Source: Octopus vulgaris
Lineage: Eukaryota
Assembly (NCBI GenBank): GCA_951406725.2
Contig: OX597818.1
Span: forward strand, 27,404,001 to 27,468,000
Direction: 5' to 3'
Length of the DNA stretch: 64,000 nt
The notes below the pieces were generated by a model. That model was given only the letters and a program-made list of their open reading frames with translations, searched no databases and was not told the origin of the DNA. Position numbers and translations under genes: made by a program. Position 1 is the stretch's first letter. Every line of letters starts with the position of its first letter. Shown here piece after piece: positions 25,398-38,389 of this stretch.

Positions 25398-25530
25398 TTA
25401 TATATATATATATATAGGATTCTGTTGAATTAGGTACTTAAGTTGAAGCTCCAAGTCAGTCTGGTATTATCTGTACAGCTCAAAGTAAGGTAAATAAAAT
25501 CAAAATAAGCAACAGGATATCAAGTAGTGA

Positions 25531-25598
25531 TGCAGTACGACCGTTTCAAACAATGCAATCATTACATCAATTTAAATATGGTGCCATCATCAGCTGCA
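25531..25598 (-). ncRNA. type-I hammerhead ribozyme motif in a PLE terminal fragment
   Basis: Minus strand: UGCAG-CUGAUGA...GAAAC GGUC GUA|CUGCA. Perfect 5-bp stem I and core. Stem II is damaged by a deletion relative to the 1288 copy. Confidence 0.7.
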
Positions 25599-25729
25599 CA
25601 AATAAATAGAATTTTAATCAGTTGGACATATTAATATAATTTTCCTCAAATACTTTAACAGAGCAAGAAGCTGAAAGAAATTCATGTTGTTGTTATTGTA
25701 GCTAAGAATAGACTACATTTCCAAGAATG

Positions 25730-26305
25730 GCATGAAGCCCACTGGGGTCATAGCTTGTGAAACTGTATGACATATGTATGCCACTAGCCCAGAAGGAATA
25801 TAAGTGACACCACGACAATACAGCCAGGCTTGTCCATTGGACACTTTGCAACAAGTATGAACTTGACAGAGCAAAAAATTTGTACAACCACAAACCCGAA
25901 GGTATGCAACAAGGAAGAAAGAAAACTCAAGAGGTATGATAGGTTAACTCGGGAAGTTAAGCAGTTGTGGTCGATGAAAAAGGTAGCAATAGTAACAGTG
26001 AGTAAAAATCTTGAGAAGTTTATGGAACAAATAGGGGCTGCAATAAGGGTGGGGCACTTGTAGAAAACAGCACTGCTTGGAGCCGCTTGAATACTTCAGA
26101 AGGTGCTTGAAAAATAAGAGGTGTTATCTTAGTTCACTGGTAGTGAACAGCTGGCACCGTAGTACATTTCCAGCAATAGAAGCTGTGCAAAGACTAATAA
26201 TAACTGAAAATTATTTGAGGAAGATCCCTGGCTTACAGTCCATGCAGAAAGTGCAAATGATTGTCTTAACTGGTATATCACATGTATTGGGAAGAGCATT
26301 GTTGT
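25730..26305 (+). mobile_element. R4-like RLE 3' fragments
   Basis: YK.HHDNTARLVHWTLC..Y, KEERKLKRYDRLTREVKQLWSMKKV and .QKTALLG motifs. Confidence 0.7.
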
Positions 26306-26830
26306 AGTGAATTTTCGTTCCTTTTCCCTTTATTTTCTTCGTTTACTTTTTCATTCTTTTTTCTTTCCTTTTTCTCTCAGTCTTTCTTCCCCTTTTTTCT
26401 ATCCCATGACTTTGTAAATGAACAATCTGGTGTGTTTATTTTAATGGCCTACCAATGTATACAGTGATTTTATTTGCCTTATGTGTCAGGAAGACACTCA
26501 GTAAAAAAATGGAAAGAAAATTGAAAGATAATGATGGCAATAATAATAGTGTTCAAAACATAACCTATGACATTCAAAGCCTAAATCCAAGCTTTCTCCA
26601 AACTAGCAGGAGAAGAGTGTAAAAAGGTGAATGTCTGGTGCCTTCAAATAACTGGTGCTTCATGTAGGCTCACTTCATTAGCCTTGAATGACAATCAGTC
26701 TAGGAGAAGGACAACTCTGATTTCAAAACCAGCGAAGCAAGGCCTCTTCCACCTTGGTGGGCAACCTTACTAGAGATGGTGTCTTGATAAAAATTCCACT
26801 TGGTGGTAACCTGAAAATACACCTCATTTA

Positions 26831-29800
26831 TGTTGTAGGGAATTACTACATGACAAATGGAATAACCAAGTCACTATAAGTAAAAAGAAGTACATGAAGT
26901 ACTAGAATACACAGTATGCAGTCAGAGATAGTTGTATCTTTACTGGTTTTACTAAGTATACTGTATACCAGAGTGGGCATTATAACAATCCAACATTTTA
27001 AGGATATAACAGTGGTGATGAGGATTTAAACAACTCATGAGGAATTAATAAACTCAATGAAGATAACTCAGTTCATGTGGAGTTAATAAAGACTCGAAAA
27101 GGAGTTAATAAACTCACAAAGTTGGTGTACGAATTTTATGAAAAATCGTAAAAGTATGGAAAGTTTGTTGGCAGGTTTGCTTGAGTTGCAAAAACAGCAA
27201 CAACAACAGCAAATACATCTGCAAGAGCAACAACAACAAATAATATTACAGCAACAAATGCTGCAATTACTGAAGTTGTCAGGAAAGTCAGAAAAAATGT
27301 TCTTGACAGACTATGCTGTGAACTTTCTAACAGAGTTGAAACATGATCCTAATAAAGGAGTTACCTTCGAAGCATACTACAGAAGACATGAGCAAATCTT
27401 CAAGAAAGATTGTAAAGGTTGGGATGATGGGATGAAAATGCGCTTAATCTTAAGAAAACTGGCGGCAGCAGAACATGAATATTACAGCAATTATGTACTT
27501 CTGAGAAAACCTTTGGACATAAACTTTAATGACACAATAGATATATTGTGTAAAATTTTCAGTGAAAAAACTCATTGTTCAACACATGATGGAAGTGTCT
27601 GAACATAGAAGAAAAAGCAACAATGAGGACTACATCACATATGCTAGTAGAGTAAACAGGGAATGTGAGAAGTTTAAGCTTGACGAATTAACACCAGATA
27701 TGTTCAAATGCCTGTTTTTACATAGGGACTAACTGCCAAAAAGGATGCAGAATTTAGAACTAGAGTTTTCACAAAGCTGGAACAAAACCAAGATTAAACC
27801 CTACAGCAAGTATCAGAAGAATGTGAAAGGATAGTCAAATTAAGACACAATACAAAAGTAATTAAACAGAAAGATAGTTTCCAAGAAAAGCAAGTGCGAA
27901 ATAGTCAGAATAGAGATAAAGTGTTTTCTAAAAAACATGACAAAAATCAGAAAATAAGCCCATGTTTTGTTTGTGGAGGTATATACCGGAGGAAAAATTA
28001 TCCATTTAAAAAAGTGGAGTGCTTTTAAATTGAAAAGGCAAAGATAATGTATCAAAAGATCCACTTAACCTACTTGGCACAGAGTGGATGAGACTATTCA
28101 AATTGTGGGATACGCCCATAAGAATTTCAAGTGGAAATATTGTTGGTCAGTCAAAGGTTCAAATGAGGCTGAAGGACTGAAACAAAAAATAATAAAAAAT
28201 AATTTCCAGATGTTTTTTTGGAAGGACTGGGTTGTTGTACAAAAACAAGCTAAGATCACTGTAAAACAAAGTGCAACACCAGTCTTTAGGCCTAAACAGA
28301 ATGTACCATTCACAGTAATAGACCTGGTTAACAAAGAACTTGAAAGACTGTAAAGTCTTGGAATAATTGAAAAGACAGACTGGGCAGCACTGACAGTTTA
28401 TGTGAAAAATAAGAATAACAAACTAAGAGTTTCTGCAGATTTTTCAACAGGGTTGAATGATTGTTTAGTTGCACATAACTACCCACTGCCAAGTCTGGAG
28501 GGAGTACTTGCGAAATTGAATGGAGGGAAATTCTTCTCAAAATTTGACCTCTCAGATGCATATCTACAAATACAAGTAGAAGAATGTGCACATTTATTAA
28601 CAATTAACACATGCTGTGACTTATTCAAATTTAAGCAATTTTCCATTGGTGTAAAAGTGGCTGCTGCCATATTTCAGCAAGTAATGGATACAATGCTGAG
28701 TGATAGTGATTTTGCTATCACCTATCTAGACAATATTTTAATAAAGAGTGAATCACAGAAACAACAATTTGAACATGTTAAAAGAGTATTTGAGAAAATA
28801 GGAGAATACGGGTTCAAGTTAATGGAGGAAAAATGTGAGTTCTTGCTGAATAAAATCAAATATTTAGACAAGTAATTGACAAAAATGGTAGAAAACTGGA
28901 TCCATCAAGGGCAATGGTGATAAAGAATATGCCCACACTGAAAAATGTAACTATGCTGTAGGCAGTTTTGTGTTTGGTAAACTATTGCCAAATCTACATT
29001 CTGAACATACATAATGTAAGGGCCCCACTCAATGATCTGTTGAAAAAGAATACAAAATGGTGTTGGATTGTTAAGTGTCAGAAGGCATTCGATGAATTGA
29101 AAAGTATTTTAACTTCAGACGTATCATTGACATATTTTGATCCATAGTTGGAAACTATATTGGCTATAAATGCAACTGAGTATGGAGCAGGAGCTGTACT
29201 TATACATAAATATGACAATGACAATAAAAAGGATTCCAAAAACGGAATCCCAATGCACACAGAAATTGGGCGCTATACTATTAAATTATGACTACAGAAT
29301 GGAGTATTTAACTGTTGAAAAAACTAGGGCATGCAGATGGTTTGTCCAGACTAATACCAAAACATGGTAAGCCACTTGAAGATGTGGTAATAGCATCTCT
29401 AAGAGCAGAAGGTGAAATAAAAATGTGATGTGGAACGTAGTATGAGAGTTGCTGGTAACCCTGGAGGATATAAAGTGGAATGTGGTAAAAGACAAGTTTA
29501 TAAAAAAAACAGGAAAAGGGTTGGTGCGAAATGAAGCGAAGATGTGATCTATACTCAATGTGTGATGGCATACTGATGTATGCATAGACAATAGTGATAC
29601 CAGAAACACTACAAAAGAAAGTGTTGAGATAATTTCACATCAGACGTCCTAGTATTTCAAGGATGAAAGCTTTAATGTGCAGTTATGTATACTGGCCCAA
29701 AATGGACAGAGAAATTGAAAATTTGGTGAAAGGCTGTAGAGGATGTGCTCTAGCAGCAAAATTGCCCACTATAAAAAGTGAATCTTGGCCAAAAGTAGAT

Positions 29801-30470
29801 GTTCCGAGGTCAAGATTACACATTGATGTTGCTGGGCCTTTAAATTGTTCTTACTACTTAGTGGTAGTTGATAGTTTCTTGAAATGGCCTGAAATTTGTA
29901 AGTTTAAGAAACCAACCTCCTCAACTGTGATAAATTTTTGTACAAATTGTTTGAAAGATTTGGCATCCTAGACATGATAGTGTCTGACAATGGAACACAA
30001 TTTGTGTCTGTTGAATTTTTAAAATTATGTGAAATGTTCGCAGTAGAGTATATAACTACTGGACCATACCATCCCAGATCTAACAGAAAGGCAGAACGCT
30101 TTGCTGATATCTTCAAGAGAACCCTAAGAAAGTCAAATAAGGAAGTCATGGATAAGGTAGCTCTACAACAATTCTTAAGAGTGTACTGTGTGACACCAAA
30201 TCTAAATACACCAGCAGGTAGACTACCTGTGGAGATGATGTTTGCACAGAAAATAAAACCAGTCTTTGGTAAATTGCTACCCAGAGAAAACAGTAAGATT
30301 CTTTAAAGTTGGTAAAAAGGTGTATATGAGGGCATACAAGAATGGAAAGAAGAGTTGGGAAGATGGCATGATTACCAAATGCATAAGTAAAATGATGTAT
30401 TGAGTAACAAGTAGAAAAGGCATGCAAAAGAGACACAGGAATCAACTGAAAAAATGATTTGTGGAGAGTG
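26831..30470 (+). mobile_element. decayed Gypsy (Mag-like) LTR retrotransposon, 3' LTR missing
   Basis: Short 5' LTR TGTTGT...ATAACA (26831-27011) and PBS TGGTGATGAGGAT. gag starts at 27138. RT has FSKFDLSDAYLQI and TYLDNIL. Integrase has YWPKMDREIE..C..C, LHIDVAGP, VSDNGTQF and HPRSNRKAER. Protease and part of RNase H appear deleted. Confidence 0.93.
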
Positions 30471-30479
30471 AACCAAAGA

Positions 30480-31445
30480 AGTTGGAGGAACTGATGGAAT
30501 GGTTGTGTGATATGTTCCAAGTACCAATGCTTCTGCAGTGTAGTGGTAATACTTGACAGTAAAAGAAGAGGAGAATTGAAGAATGATAGCAAATTTGAAA
30601 AATTGGAGAAGTATGGTGTTGATACAAAAGGACTGAATGTTGTAATTGAAGGACTGCAGCAACACATATTTGCCAAGAAAATAAAACTAACTAGGTTTGA
30701 ACAATGGATTAAATAATACCAGCAAAACCAATTATTTAGAATCAATAAAAAAATTTTTTATCAAGAAACTAGGTCTCACCATAAAGGAGAAATGGTGTTT
30801 AAACCTGCTGGCTGCTAAGGCCTCATTGCAACAGGTGGCCACTGCATCGAAAATCCCTTTATTTGCAGACAGGTTTGAAATCCTTTCACTGACACACTTC
30901 ATCAGGTTCTTAAACACAATAAGTGAATGGCAGGTACTACAGTTTTAACTATAAGAACAAGGTCATCAGCATAGAGAAGTTCCCATGAGCAACCAGTCTT
31001 AAATTATTCCATTATGGCCTGGAGGACTAGGATAGATAAGAGGGAACTGATAACTGAACCTTGATGAATTCCTAGCTGTACAAAAAATTCATCGCTGTAC
31101 TCATTGTTAACTTTCACATTACTAATAGCATCCCTATACATTGTTTGAATGACTCTCACCAGAAACTCTCACTAGACATCTATCTACACCTAGCTTTCAT
31201 AGTAACCACCAGATATTCTTCAGTATTGTTGCTAGGCACCTGATAGAATGTTTTCTGAAGAATTCCTACATCAATACCTCATTCTAGAAAGGAGGTATCC
31301 AAAATGTATCAGGGTGTCTGGAGCACTTAGTTGTGATTACACAGAGAAGTTAAACAGGGAAGCCAGAGAAAATAAAAGAGATCTGAATCTTGCCTATGCA
31401 TATAAGTCCATACCTCATAAGCTGGTTGTAGAGTTTTTTCTCAGC
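30480..31445. mobile_element. mosaic of non-LTR fragments: R4-like (+), PLE (-), RTE RT (-), HERO-like RT (+)
   Basis: About 30480-30780: QHIFAKKIKLTRFEQ..YQQNQLF. 30790-30950: FKNLMKCVSERISNLS. 30955-31210: GIHQGSVISSLL...LLYADD. 31260-31445: EARENKRDL..LAYAYKSIPHKL. Confidence 0.7.
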
Positions 31446-31959
31446 TAGACCTAGCCTGCATGAAAATGCTACTGTTAAAGTAAGGCCTGTACTTCTCCAA
31501 GACTCTCCACTTGATGTAAAACATGGCAATTTCTTTTGACAACCATACATGCCTTTCTAGGGCTATGACATTTTGTCTCTTCTGGATATTAAAGGGCGAT
31601 TTATGGTTGTTTAAATCTGGGTCTGAAAGGATCTCTTGTCATACCCTTATACTTCCAAACATCTGACCGCTCACTGGAATCCTTTGATGTCATCTCTACC
31701 TCATATACAACTGTCTCTATGTCGCAGTACATCGTTTTCCTTGCAACTACGAACTGGATGTGACACTTTCTCACTTCCAGTTACAGAGAACAGCCACTGT
31801 TTTTTCATGCTAGCTATTTCTGAAGAGTACAGTTATTAGATAATCTGATTACCTAATATTCTGTGTGAAACTGATTGGTAAGATTCACTGTAGTAGATCT
31901 ATAATACTGTATGCTTTGAAAGCACAGAAAGGAAACTGGTTTGAAGGTTGTATTCTTCC

Positions 31960-32210
31960 ATCAATAACTATTGTTTAGTGAAAGAATTTACTTCTGTCAG
32001 TTTCTGTGAGGAGTAAGAAATTACTGTGGTTGATTATAACAACTGTATGAGAGAAGTGTGTATTGAGGACCTACTACAAAATCCAGTACAAATAGGTGGC
32101 CCCATGATAATTTTTGAGATAGATGAGACAATTCATTTCAGACAGAAACACTATCAAGGAAGCGTGTTGCTGAAGCAATGAGACTTTGGCAGTGTGTGAC
32201 ATGGGATGTA
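31960..32210 (+). mobile_element. Merlin (IS1595-like) DDE transposase fragment
   Basis: Translation ITVVDYNNCMREVCIEDLLQNPVQIGGPMIIFEIDET..RQKHYQG...KQ*DFG matches the Merlin pattern TxVDWxNFxREVC..IGGPG..VEIDES..KRKYxRG..QWVFG. Confidence 0.75.
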
Positions 32211-32879
32211 GCAGATATGGCACTGAGTAACTTGTTCTTTGATAGATTCAAGTCTCTGCAAATTAATGTGGTAACAAAGACACTGAAATTGGGATCTCTT
32301 TCAAAAAATGTTGTCGTGCATTGCAGAATTTCAGCAGCTATGCCTAAATTAGTTGTACTGTTTCATTTCCTTTCATTAAATTCTTTTGTTTCATTTTTCC
32401 GTTTTTCTTTTCTTAATTTTTTTGGTTTCATATTCTTTCATAAGATATTTTTCATCTTTACACATGTGTCTCCAAAACACATGTCTCAAATAAAAAAAAA
32501 AGAAAATAGTGAGGGAACATACATTCTGATTTCTGGTGTGTCAAAAATAGTTGCATCTGATTGGCTTAAGTTACATAACTCCTGTAGTTTTAATTTCACA
32601 GAAACATTGATTATGATTTTTGTAGCATGAAGAACTACATATGTATAAAAATTTCCAAAAACTTTGGATCTGGGATATGTTAAACTGAAAAGATCGAAAA
32701 TGGAGGTGCAATTACATTGCACAAGCCAATGTTTCATCAGGTGGTGAAGCAGTTCTCCAGGTGTTTTAACTCCTTCCACTTTGACACCATAGCTACCTGG
32801 CACTACCGAACAATGTCAGCAACAAAAATCTCACACAGCAGCACAAGTCAGATGTTATGACTCTGGGCCAGATGTTTCT

Positions 32880-33160
32880 ATCATCCTGAATGCTTGATAT
32901 TGGTGTGCCACTTGTCCTCTCTCTTGAACCAGATGTAATAACTTACTTTTTCAGCAGCTTCCAACAATTTCCTAGCAACATCTTTTGTCTCTTTTGCAGC
33001 TAGTCCAAGACTCTCAAGCATTGAGTGAACCCAGGTTCCAACAAATCCTCTGTCACCTTTAAAGGAAGGCATATCATCTTTATTCCATTGTTTTTACAGA
33101 GTTCAAACAATTCACTGCTTTTTTGTGTTTTCTGAAGAAAGCATCTTTGATGTTTGCTTC
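32880..33160 (-). mobile_element. HERO-like non-LTR RLE C-terminal fragment
   Basis: GDRGFVGTWVHSMLESLG...LLEAAEKVSYYIWFKRE resembles the EVGCRGF...AEKASxWLWxKR terminus. Confidence 0.7.
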
Positions 33161-33701
33161 CTAAGGAATTATCATCTTTGCTATATTTACTAGTTTCCTT
33201 TCTTTGCAACATATGACAAGATTGGGTCTTTGGTGGTAAGAAGTGGGAAGTGATATTTACCATCAAGGTAAACAGAGGACTCCTAAGTCCCCTTCCATTT
33301 TGGATCATTCTTTTACCATGTAATCAAATGATTAATACAGTGTTTTACTTGGATGTCCTGAGGCATTTGAGAGACAGTGTAATGGAAAATGCCTGAAGCA
33401 TAGACAAACAAAACTTAGATGTTGCACCATGGCATTTTGTTTTTCCATTGCCTTTTCCTGAATTCATTTTATCTAGTATTTTACTGGTCTTTCTCTATAT
33501 GGTCCTGTCTTACATACTCACTCTTCATCTTAATCTCACTTTAATAACACTTGTTGTTCAGTGGGACCTGTTTTTGCAAAGTTAAGTTCCTATTATTAAT
33601 GTTAAATTATTTTCTACATTGTAGAATTTTGCATCACCAACTTCATGCTCCTTATTTGCAGAGATTATTCCTTGTTAGCATTTATCCTTTATTCATAGAT
33701 A

Positions 33702-33756
33702 ATGGAATTCAAGCTTTTATATTGGAAACACTTTTTAACTGTACAATGCCTATGTG
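33702..33756 (+). CDS. IgSF gene, first coding exon (putative signal peptide MEFKLLYWKHFLTVQCLC)
   Basis: Acceptor tttatcctttattcatAG ends at 33698. ATG at 33702 is in ataATGG context. Phase-1 donor G|GTAAGT at 33757 splices in frame to the exon at 34875 (G+TT=Val). The signal-peptide call is an inference. Confidence 0.7.
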
Positions 33757-33849
33757 GTAAGTAATAATATAAACATTTTTTCTTCGAACTCTTAGCTATC
33801 ACAAATTTATATCTATTGATAGATTGTAGAACTTAATTATATCTGATCC

Positions 33850-34705
33850 TAATAGCAGCAGCTTTTCCAACAGATATGGAAGTTGCAGGAATAGCAGCAA
33901 CACCTTTGCTATTATTAAATTATAGCAACAGCAGCAACTATTGCAAAAATAGCAGCAGCACCATCACTAATGATAATGCTAATAATGATAACAATAATAA
34001 CAATGACAACAACGGTTCCAACAACGATGATGATTATAGCAGCACCAACGGAGACACCAACAACAATAACAACAACAACAGTGCCAACACCAGCACCAAC
34101 AATAATGGAAGTAGCAGTGTCAACATCAACAGAAGCAACAACGCCAATAGTAGCATTCAAAAATATATTGGATGTTCCAGAAACACCTTCAAGCAGTTCC
34201 TCTCCAACCACAAATACTTGTTTAGGATCCTGGAAAGACATTATTCTATGTCCTTGGCCTGCCACGTGTGTCACCTAAAGAACAAAAGGACTCCACTTGT
34301 AATCATATGGAAGATCCTAGAAAAACCAGGCCCTACATGAATGGGAGCAAATGTTGCAAGCTGTGCATAGCAGAATGGCTGAGGATATTAAAGAACTCCC
34401 TTGAATTGTGGAACATTTTAAATTCAGGACAGATGTCAATGAACCCTGTTCACACTTCAGATGAATTTTACTGAAATCCTGGGACCTGCAAACTAACTGG
34501 GTGGATTCTGGATAGTGGTATAATGGAGACAATTCCTTGCACTTACCTTTCTTCTTTGTGTATTCAAAAACTAACCATGAGGCCTCTTCTTGCTCCACTT
34601 TGAAGAGAGATTATAAGCCATTGGCCATTAGGGTCTGATGAGATGTATGAAAAGATAAGTGCTTTATAGACGCAAAGCCCCAGGTAACCCTATGAACCTG
34701 CCATA
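33850..34705 (+). mobile_element. Penelope-like (Naiad-like) 3' fragment with Asn/Ser low-complexity linker
   Basis: (AAC/AAT/AGC)n, then KYIGCSRNTFKQFLSNH...WKILE...YMNGSKCCKLCIAE...ILNS. Hammerhead motif at the 3' end. Confidence 0.8.
34629..34692 (+). ncRNA. degenerate hammerhead ribozyme
   Basis: UAGGGU-CUGAUGA-stem II-AAAG-CC CCA GG-UA|ACCCUA. Perfect 6-bp stem I. GAAA box is mutated. Confidence 0.55.
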
Positions 34706-34706
34706 A

Positions 34707-34707
34707 C

Positions 34708-34738
<31 letters not shown>

Positions 34739-34770
34739 ATCTATCTGTCTATATCTATCTATCTATCTAA

Positions 34771-34845
<75 letters not shown>
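34707..34845. repeat. (CT)n-(TATC)n microsatellite
   Basis: Directly visible just upstream of the Ig1 exon acceptor. Confidence 0.95.
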
Positions 34846-34846
<1 letters not shown>

Positions 34847-34874
34847 ATATGTTTTATATTTTTCTTTCCTTCAG

Positions 34875-35156
34875 TTTGTCTTCAATTAGATGATGCTACT
34901 ATTAAATTTATGAAGAAAAATCACCAATCAACTTTAGAATGTTTCACTGAAAAGCAAGAAATTGAAGTGTGGCAAGTGGGAGTTGACAAAATTAGCGCCC
35001 CTAAATGGGTGTTTCTTAAAAATTCGGACATACAAGCAAGTGTGAATTCTGACAAAACCAACATCTTAAACTTCACTGTTACTTCAAGCCATGATATAAG
35101 AATTGATTGTCAGAGCACTGAAAAGAGTCATAAATTTCTAATAATACCATTATCGA
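34875..35156 (+). CDS. IgSF gene exon: Ig-like domain 1
   Basis: Acceptor tttctttccttcAG, donor A|GTAAGT, 282 nt, phase 1-1, open. Translation includes STLEC...EVWQV...NILNFTV...IRIDC (C-W-C Ig pattern). Confidence 0.85.
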
Positions 35157-35667
35157 GTAAGTACCAAATAAAAATCATTTGTATATATTTTCCTGTTAAT
35201 ATTGAGATATCATAATCATGAACAAAATATATTTCTGTAAAATCTAGCTTTAAGCTCCAGTTAATTCTCAAAAGCTATTAGTTGTAACAAACAAATACTA
35301 GCAATGACATTTTAATGTTTATAAGTTTCTTCCATATATTGTTTCAGTATTATTGAGATAGCTTTATTATGGCTGAGATCATATGTTTGATTTGCAGGAG
35401 AGAGATGTAGCTGTTAGCATGTTATTGATAACATTAACAAAATTATTAAGTTATAAAAATATCAGAAGTTATTATTATTAAAACAAACATTTTTGTTAAT
35501 AATTAACCCCATCTTTAGAGTGTGTATTGATTGGATTTCTGACTGTCATCAGAAATATCATTCTTGAATATGCGTGGTCACGTACGTGTGTGTGTGCATG
35601 TTTACATACGTGTGCAGGCATGTGACACACACACACACACACACACACACATATCATTATAATCACC

Positions 35668-36030
35668 ATCATCGTTTAACATCCATTTTTCATGCTTGCA
35701 TGGGTTGGATGGTTTGACTGGGGGCTGGCATGCCAGTAGGCTGCACCAGGCTCTATTCTGATCTGGCAAGGTTTCTACAGCTGGATGCCCTTCCTAACAT
35801 CAACCACTCCAAGCATGTAGTGGGTGCTTTTTATGTGCAACCAGTACAACCAGTGAGGCAGTACTGGCATCGAGTCACGTTTGAAGGATGCTTATTATGT
35901 TCCATCAGCACAGGTGCTAGTCAGGTGGCACTGGCATTGGCCACAACTATAATTCCCATTTTGATTTCGATCTTGGTTTGCTTTTGCTTTTGATTTTTGA
36001 TTTTTGATTTTACCTGACTTAATAGGTCTT
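35668..36030 (-). mobile_element. RTE 3'UTR fragment
   Basis: Same tail and 3'UTR as 18188-18640. Confidence 0.8.
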
Positions 36031-36159
36031 TTCAAAAGTCAGAATGTTCGGAGAAAGCCTCTCAATCTGAAGAAAAGTCAGAATGTTCAGAGAAAGCCTC
36101 ACAATCCTTTTAACCCACAGGAGTTAAAGCACATCTTTTAACCCACAGGAGTTAAAAGA

Positions 36160-36790
36160 TTGAGCCAAACCCATCAAAATCGATAGCGAAGTTCGCTCAA
36201 CATCAAGGAATCAGTAAAATTACCATTTCTTGGGGAGATATTGTGACATCCTACAACATGGGGAGATATTGTAATATCCTAACTACCAACTCCAAAGCCA
36301 TTCAAGCTGAATACTTAGTCATCTGAAACATCATGGTGGAAACATCCACATCATTATGGATGAAAAGAAGTTCATGGTAAACAAAGTTGTAAACCATCAA
36401 AACTCATGAGGGATAGTGTACAACCCTCCTCAAGTTCTTTCAGTTATGCATAGCAAGAATTCAGCTTCCATTATGGTCTTTGGAACTGTTGCAAGGGATG
36501 GGAAATTGATTCCACCTCATTTCATTGAAGTGGGTCTTAAAATCAACACAGCAGAATATCTCAAAATCTTAGAAGAAATTTTGTTAACTTTGGATTTGGA
36601 GGCATTATAATGCAAGTCGAATCATGTTTGTACAGGTCTCTGTGCTTGCTCATTCTTCGAAAAGAGTGCAAGAATTTTTGGAGAAGGAATTGCCCATCTT
36701 TGTCTCTAAAGATATCTGGCTCTCTAGCTCACCAGATTTGAATCTGTGTGATTTTTTGCTATGGGGCACAGTTGAAGCAATATCTAAATA
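36160..36790 (+). mobile_element. DD37D maT-type transposase fragment
   Basis: MDEKKF, SIMVFGTVARDGK, GLKINTAEYLKIL, WLSSSPDLNLCDFLLWG. Confidence 0.8.
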
Positions 36791-37820
36791 GCAGATAGGA
36801 CAACATGCCCACTGACAACTCTCCTTCCAGCAGTGGAGACCAAACTATATCAGCCCCAACACCAACAGTAGCAGCAGTACCCCTAATAGATGCATTGACA
36901 TAGATGTGAATAATGGTAGCCCTGTCAACGAGAATGGTACTCCCACCTCCACCATCGGGGAAAGTAGCAATAATAACGATAATATCAAATATTGTAACAC
37001 CTTCAGCTACAGTAGAAAGGTTGACAGCGCTCCCTCCACATCTGGTAATAACACTACCAATGAAACCACCCCACCTCCACCAACACTAACACCAATGGCC
37101 CCAACATCATCATCATCGAGAAAAACACCAGTAACAACAACAGCAGCACCAACATTACTGACCCCAGCAATATTATCATTGACAGCACCAGCAACCACAA
37201 CAACAACAGCAGCAGCAACATCACCCACAGCATCAGCAATAACAGCAACAGCAGTAGCAACGATGGTAGCAGCACTGGCAGTGGCAGGCTTAATAACACC
37301 AGTACATGTACCACTGCCAATACACGCAGAAGCAGTAACACTACTGATGCAACCACCACTAACAGCCCCAGTGCCTGCACCACTAAAATCAACACCATTG
37401 CTGGCACCAGCAGCAGTGAGAACAGCGACACTGACAGCAGCAACAACATCGTTGACTACAACTGCAACAGCAGCAACAACAGCAACTCTGACAGCAGCAG
37501 CAGTAGTGGTAGCAGCAACATCAGCAAAAATAGGCATGACACCGACTCCACACATCCAAGGAAATACATCAGATGCAAGGGAACTTCCTTCAAGAAACGT
37601 CTCTGCAACCATAAATCCTCCTTTAGGGTCCTGGAAAGGAGATATGCACCATTACTAGCCAGCCATATCTGGTAACTGAAGGAAGACGGAATTCCACACT
37701 CGATATGGAAAATCCTCCACCGTCTGGGTTCGTACATAAATGGAATGAAACACTGTGAGCTATGCGTAGCTGAACATATGGAAATTTTGAAAAACTCTTA
37801 CATACTTAATTAATTAACCT
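36790..37820 (+). mobile_element. Penelope-like fragment related to 33850-34705
   Basis: CAG/AAC-rich low-complexity tract, then SFKKRLCNHKSSFR..LASHIW*LK..WKILH..YINGMKHCELCVAE..LIN. Confidence 0.75.
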
Positions 37821-37942
37821 CATCTTTAGAGTGTGTATTGATTGGATTTCTGACTGTCATCAGAAATATCATTCTTGAATATGTGCAGTTGTGCATGTGT
37901 GTGCGCACGTTTACATGCGTATGCATGCATGTGATACACACA

Positions 37943-37978
<36 letters not shown>

Positions 37979-38389
37979 CACATATATATCATTATAATAA
38001 TCATCATCGTTTAACATCCATTTTTCATGCTTGCATGGGTTGGATACAGAACTCCAGAACAGAGATTTTTGGCCATGCTTGCATTTCAGGAAATTCCTAT
38101 TAGCATTTTGGGAACCACATAATAATGATAATAGCGGTATTAGTGATAATATTTACACCACAGCTAGAAATTGATTGCTGATGAGAGTGGGAGATAACAC
38201 CCTACCTTCGACCATCACAGGCAACAAGTGGCATAGCTGAAGGAGGACATAGCCAGAAGCTGATGACCAACAGAAGAGGGAGATATATATATATATATGT
38301 ATGTATGTATGTATACACACACACAAAGAGAAAATGGTGGGGGAAAACAAAAATATGAGATACTGCCTAGTGTTTTTTTTTAATTTTGA

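Noticed and set aside
36906-37658. 250-aa Thr/Ala/Pro-rich mucin-like ORF that might be a stalk exon of the IgSF gene
   Set aside because: It is the alternative frame of a low-complexity Penelope linker running into GIY-YIG sequence, with no convincing phase-1 splice sites.
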